Positions 60,873-64,000 of a stretch of DNA of 64,000 nt are shown in pieces. The DNA is from Euryarchaeota archaeon UBA62 (lineage in GTDB: Archaea; Thermoplasmatota; Poseidoniia; Poseidoniales; Thalassarchaeaceae). The notes beneath the pieces were generated by a model that was given only the letters and a program-made list of their open reading frames with translations, searched no databases and had not been told where the DNA came from. Location: NCBI GenBank assembly GCA_002502095.1, contig DAPJ01000005.1:15763-79762 (forward strand), read 5' to 3'. Both the position numbers and the translations under genes were made by a program. Positions within the stretch are counted from its first letter, which is position 1. Each line of letters starts with the position of its first letter.

Positions 60873-61223
60873 ATGCCGTCACACCAAACTAATATGCCAA
60901 GTCTAAGAGGAAGTGATATGTCAGGGCCCGTTTGGAGGAATGTGTACAGTCTTAACGAGGATCAAATATCGAAACTTGACGAGGCCGAGGACCATATGGA
61001 GATGATGAGAATCGGTCCCGCTGAAAAAATACTCATCGAACTTCTCGAGCAAGAACCAGAGTGCGTTCCGGTCCTGAACGTCATGGCACACCTCCAGGGA
61101 AGGTATTTATCAGACTTCGAGAAAGCTGTAGAATTCTATGATAAGGTACTTGCTATAGAACCAGATAATGCATGGGCAAGAGATGAGAGAAGACGTTACA
61201 CAAGATATTCCAGTTATGATTGA
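60873..61223 (+). CDS. Small TPR-like protein (hypothetical)
   Basis: 116-aa ORF. ...YLSDFEKAVEFYDKVLAIEPDNAWA is TPR-like. Overlaps the start of the following ftsZ-like gene by 8 nt. Confidence 0.4.
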   Translation: MPSHQTNMPSLRGSDMSGPVWRNVYSLNEDQISKLDEAEDHMEMMRIGPAEKILIELLEQEPECVPVLNVMAHLQGRYLSDFEKAVEFYDKVLAIEPDNAWARDERRRYTRYSSYD

Positions 61224-62163
61224 GCAATTCTATACGCCTACCCCATACTCGAGGTTCGTGAACGACGGAGAGGTCCTAATAGCCGGAGTCGGAGGCTTGG
61301 GTTGTATATGGGCTATTGAGGCTCATTCAAGATGCTCAGAATTATCCGAGTTACTGTTAATCGATGCCGATGAAAGCTCCTTCGAAGGAGCTAACGAGGC
61401 TAATTGCTTGTATCTCGATGCAGGAGGGGAGGGCAGAGGCGCAGCAGCTCTTCCTTCAATGGCAACACACAGGCTGAGAAATGGTATTGACTCAATTTCT
61501 TCTCTACTTGAAGGGGCCGAGGTGCTCATCCTATTGACTGGTTTGGGGGGAGGAATGGGATCTGGTGCTTCGGGGGAACTGGCAAGGATAGCAAATCAAC
61601 ACGGTTGCATGGTTCTTTCTATCGCGGGCCTTCCCTTTGCAGAACAGCCACTAAGGTGTTCGATTGCAGAGGCAGCAATCCCTTCATTAGAAGTAAATTC
61701 CAGCGTGTGTATCAGAGTCAGTATGGAGAGATTAGCTTGGCAGTCTAGGAGCAGGAAGACGAATTGGATGACAGGTTCAGGTTGGATAGCGGAACTCGTT
61801 GAAGGACTTGTTACGACCCTAGCTAGTGTGGGAAGAATAAATCTAGATTTAATGGATATGAGAGCAATAATAAACAAAGAAGGAAATGCTACTTTGATAG
61901 TTGGAACGGGTGTATCTGAGAATCCTAAATCAGTAGTTGAGATGGCTAGAAACTCACCTCTAAATGACATTCCAGTAGAAGGCGCCAAGGGTTGTATGAT
62001 TCAGGTCGAAGGAGGCCCAGATATGACTCTAGCACACCTGACAGAATTAACAGACTCATTCGTATCATCCATGGACCCAGACTGCCAGGTCATCATGGGA
62101 GCCAGAGTTAGTGATGAGATGGTCGGTAAGCTCAGGCTCGTCGCAGTAGTTAGTGGGATTTAG
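61216..62163 (+). CDS. Divergent FtsZ/tubulin-superfamily GTPase (short, about 315 aa)
   Basis: T1-like LIAGVGGLGCIWAI. T3-like DAGGEGRGAAALP. T4 signature altered to GLGGGMGSGASG (canonical GGGTGSG). T7-like GRINLDLMDMRAI. C-terminal domain pattern ...GNATLIVGTGVSE...ARNSPL...GAKGCMIQVEGGPDMTL...LRLVAVVSGI parallels the FtsZ C-domain. Confidence 0.7.
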   Translation: MIEQFYTPTPYSRFVNDGEVLIAGVGGLGCIWAIEAHSRCSELSELLLIDADESSFEGANEANCLYLDAGGEGRGAAALPSMATHRLRNGIDSISSLLEGAEVLILLTGLGGGMGSGASGELARIANQHGCMVLSIAGLPFAEQPLRCSIAEAAIPSLEVNSSVCIRVSMERLAWQSRSRKTNWMTGSGWIAELVEGLVTTLASVGRINLDLMDMRAIINKEGNATLIVGTGVSENPKSVVEMARNSPLNDIPVEGAKGCMIQVEGGPDMTLAHLTELTDSFVSSMDPDCQVIMGARVSDEMVGKLRLVAVVSGI

Positions 62164-62198
62164 GCTTCATTAATTAACTGAAATCCCCTCTCAGACTC

Positions 62199-62495
62199 AT
62201 GGCTAAGGTCAGTAAGGCCAGAAGGGGTAAAAATAGATGGATAGGCCTGCACATCTATCAGAAACCAATTACTAGGACATTATTAGAGGATAATTTAGGA
62301 AAGATAATGGGCGATATCGACTGGAAATTATTTGATTTGTTCGACGACGAAATTCATACTCTAGCAATTCTGAGGACATCACTTGAAGATAGCTTGGAAG
62401 CAAAGAAAAAAATTAATTCTATTGACGGTATGGCGACTCTAACCACATCAGGTAAGATTAGGCTCGTAAGGCAGAGATTGGGCATCCATAAATAG
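62199..62495 (+). CDS. rnp2: RNase P protein component 2 (Pop5-like)
   Basis: KARRGKNRWIGLHIY (cf. Pop5 RRRKRWIAVRV). Internal ILRTSLE (cf. LRCSHK). C-terminal TSGKIRLV (cf. VSGTIKKL). 98 aa. Confidence 0.5.
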   Translation: MAKVSKARRGKNRWIGLHIYQKPITRTLLEDNLGKIMGDIDWKLFDLFDDEIHTLAILRTSLEDSLEAKKKINSIDGMATLTTSGKIRLVRQRLGIHK

Positions 62496-62499
62496 CTAA

Positions 62500-63858
62500 T
62501 TAGGGATAATTCCATTCCATCTTTTGAGCATCCGAAACCAAGACTTCACTGCCATCGACTTCTATGCACAAGAATCCATCATTGTCTAGTCCAATAATCC
62601 TGACCCTTTCATTCTCAATCTCAGCTACTACGCCTCTAGAAAGACTGGATGACAATGCCTTCCAGCTAGAAATTTCCAGCGACCTTTGATCAAGATCTGG
62701 TACCATTTCGAGTCTTTCAAGAATTCCAGAGACCCCACTGTCCACCATACTGAACACTTCTTCTAGGGAAACGTCGCCAATGGTATCGCTCCACCCAAGG
62801 CAAGGAATTCCATTAACCACCCTTGGTGATGAATTAATTCCAATCCCTATCCTAAAGCCAGGATTAGAACTATTCGCTTCAATCATTATCCCCCCTATTT
62901 TCTCCCCACGGATGGAGATCAGGTCATTGGGCCACTTCAGTTCACAACTTAGTGACTTCGAAACCGCGGCGCCAATCCCTATCTGTAGCATTCCAGGGGT
63001 GGAAATCTCGGTTGGCTCTCTGTTGATTTTCCACGATGCCAGTAAATCTCCAGGAATAGACTCCCATTTTGATCCTCTTCTCCCTCTGCCAGAAAGCTGG
63101 TCTCCTACAATCAGTCTCTGCCACCCCTCGTCCGGCAAATGAATCACTCCATCCATTGCAGAATCACATATTTCCTCTCTCTTTTCCTTTGACCCTGAAC
63201 CAGTCCTCCACATAGCAAAGACCTCCAATCTCTCATCGCCAATCCTCTTCATTTCCAATGATCTGCAAGACCACCCAGACATTAACCAGACAGAAGGGCT
63301 ACTGGGACTAATTGGGTCCGTTCTAAATAGAAGAACGACCGTCAAATCATCATTGTTCCTAACTTTCAGACTTTTCAATAACTCTTCTGACCAGCCACCA
63401 TCTCCCAAATCAGTCAGTGACGCCTCCTCGATAGGCTCCAATACCGGCCCATTAGGGTCTGGGGGATTGAGATATGGTAGATTCCATACAATCAACTTAG
63501 TTCCATCTGGTATGCCCCATCCATCCTCGCCAACCCCACCTTCTCTAACTATTACATTTCTCTCAAATCCATTTCTTTCTATGTTAGCTCTAGAACAGGC
63601 TACAGCATATGGATTGACATCATATGATAAAACACTCCAGCCGAGAGCAGAAAGTGCCATGGAGACCACGCCCGTGCCACATCCTATCTCTATTGCATTC
63701 GATGCATTCCCCTCCAGTCTTGAAATCGCCCTGCAGAGCAATTCAGTGTCCTCACGAGGAGGATAAACTGTCGGAGCCACATCAATTTCCCAAGGGCCGA
63801 AGTTTTCCATTTCAAATATCATCCTCTTCATATAAATCATCACCCGCTCAGTTCTCAA
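62500..63858 (-). CDS. Fusion protein: Mtq2/HemK-like class-I SAM methyltransferase (N-terminal) plus biotin-[acyl-CoA-carboxylase] ligase BirA catalytic and C-terminal domains
   Basis: N-terminus VYPPREDTELL...IEIGCGTGVVSMALSALG...YDVNPYAV...IVWNLPYLNPP (SAM motif I plus NPPY-like motif). C-terminus QLSGRGRRGSKWESIPGDLLASW (BirA GRGRRGR-W-SP-G-L signature) plus an SH3-like tail. Confidence 0.75.
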   Translation of the reverse strand: MRTERVMIYMKRMIFEMENFGPWEIDVAPTVYPPREDTELLCRAISRLEGNASNAIEIGCGTGVVSMALSALGWSVLSYDVNPYAVACSRANIERNGFERNVIVREGGVGEDGWGIPDGTKLIVWNLPYLNPPDPNGPVLEPIEEASLTDLGDGGWSEELLKSLKVRNNDDLTVVLLFRTDPISPSSPSVWLMSGWSCRSLEMKRIGDERLEVFAMWRTGSGSKEKREEICDSAMDGVIHLPDEGWQRLIVGDQLSGRGRRGSKWESIPGDLLASWKINREPTEISTPGMLQIGIGAAVSKSLSCELKWPNDLISIRGEKIGGIMIEANSSNPGFRIGIGINSSPRVVNGIPCLGWSDTIGDVSLEEVFSMVDSGVSGILERLEMVPDLDQRSLEISSWKALSSSLSRGVVAEIENERVRIIGLDNDGFLCIEVDGSEVLVSDAQKMEWNYP

Positions 63859-64000
63859 AACATCGATTTTTCATCAGTAAACCTTATTTGTTGGCCTCAT
63901 AAATTAATCTTGCTTCCGTCCATACGGGAGGGGACCCGGCCACCGCTAGCCTTGCTCTTGCCGGTAGGTTCAAAAATACCCCCTCGGTCCGAGGATAGCC

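Noticed and set aside
63624-63902. 92-aa plus-strand ORF at the window end
   Set aside because: It overlaps the well-supported minus-strand MTase-BirA gene, has Ser/Pro-rich composition, and no motif.

Overview
This is a gene-dense archaeal chromosomal window. Archaeal-type genes are clear: aIF6, ribosomal protein S15P/S13e, RNase P proteins Rpp21 and Pop5, type II GAPDH, archaeosine synthase, archaeal GluRS and PheT. A 23S-5S rRNA pair lies at about 45.27-48.33 kb with no 16S gene upstream, i.e. unlinked rRNA genes as in Thermoplasmatota. Together with the very acidic proteome and the many giant cell-surface proteins, this suggests a Marine Group II/Poseidoniales-like euryarchaeon; that is inference, not a database result. 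Housekeeping genes (dnaJ, rnhB, gltX, pheT, gap, adk, a methylmalonyl-CoA pathway cluster) are interleaved with at least seven very large secreted, C-terminally membrane-anchored proteins, including two S8 subtilases of 411 and 1579 aa. Most notable: (1) a minus-strand operon for a cytochrome b6f-like Rieske/cyt b complex whose subunit-IV (PetD-like) protein is fused through a large ectodomain and a TM helix to a complete HdrD-like module (2x[4Fe-4S] plus 2 CCG domains), with a 2x[4Fe-4S] ferredoxin just downstream; (2) a short, divergent FtsZ/tubulin homologue with an altered T4 loop; (3) three unusual domain fusions: pyroglutamyl-peptidase-Nudix, Mtq2-like methyltransferase-BirA, and an inverted GltB-like GXGXG protein; (4) a STAND NTPase with N-terminal wHTH and C-terminal TPRs, convergent with an MBL-fold hydrolase; (5) a GTTCC-N3-GGAAC palindrome directly upstream of both subtilase genes. 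No CRISPR array, transposase or integrase was seen. The displayed sequence is offset by 1 nt from the ORF track near position 10129, so hand-derived coordinates are accurate to about +/-1-3 nt.
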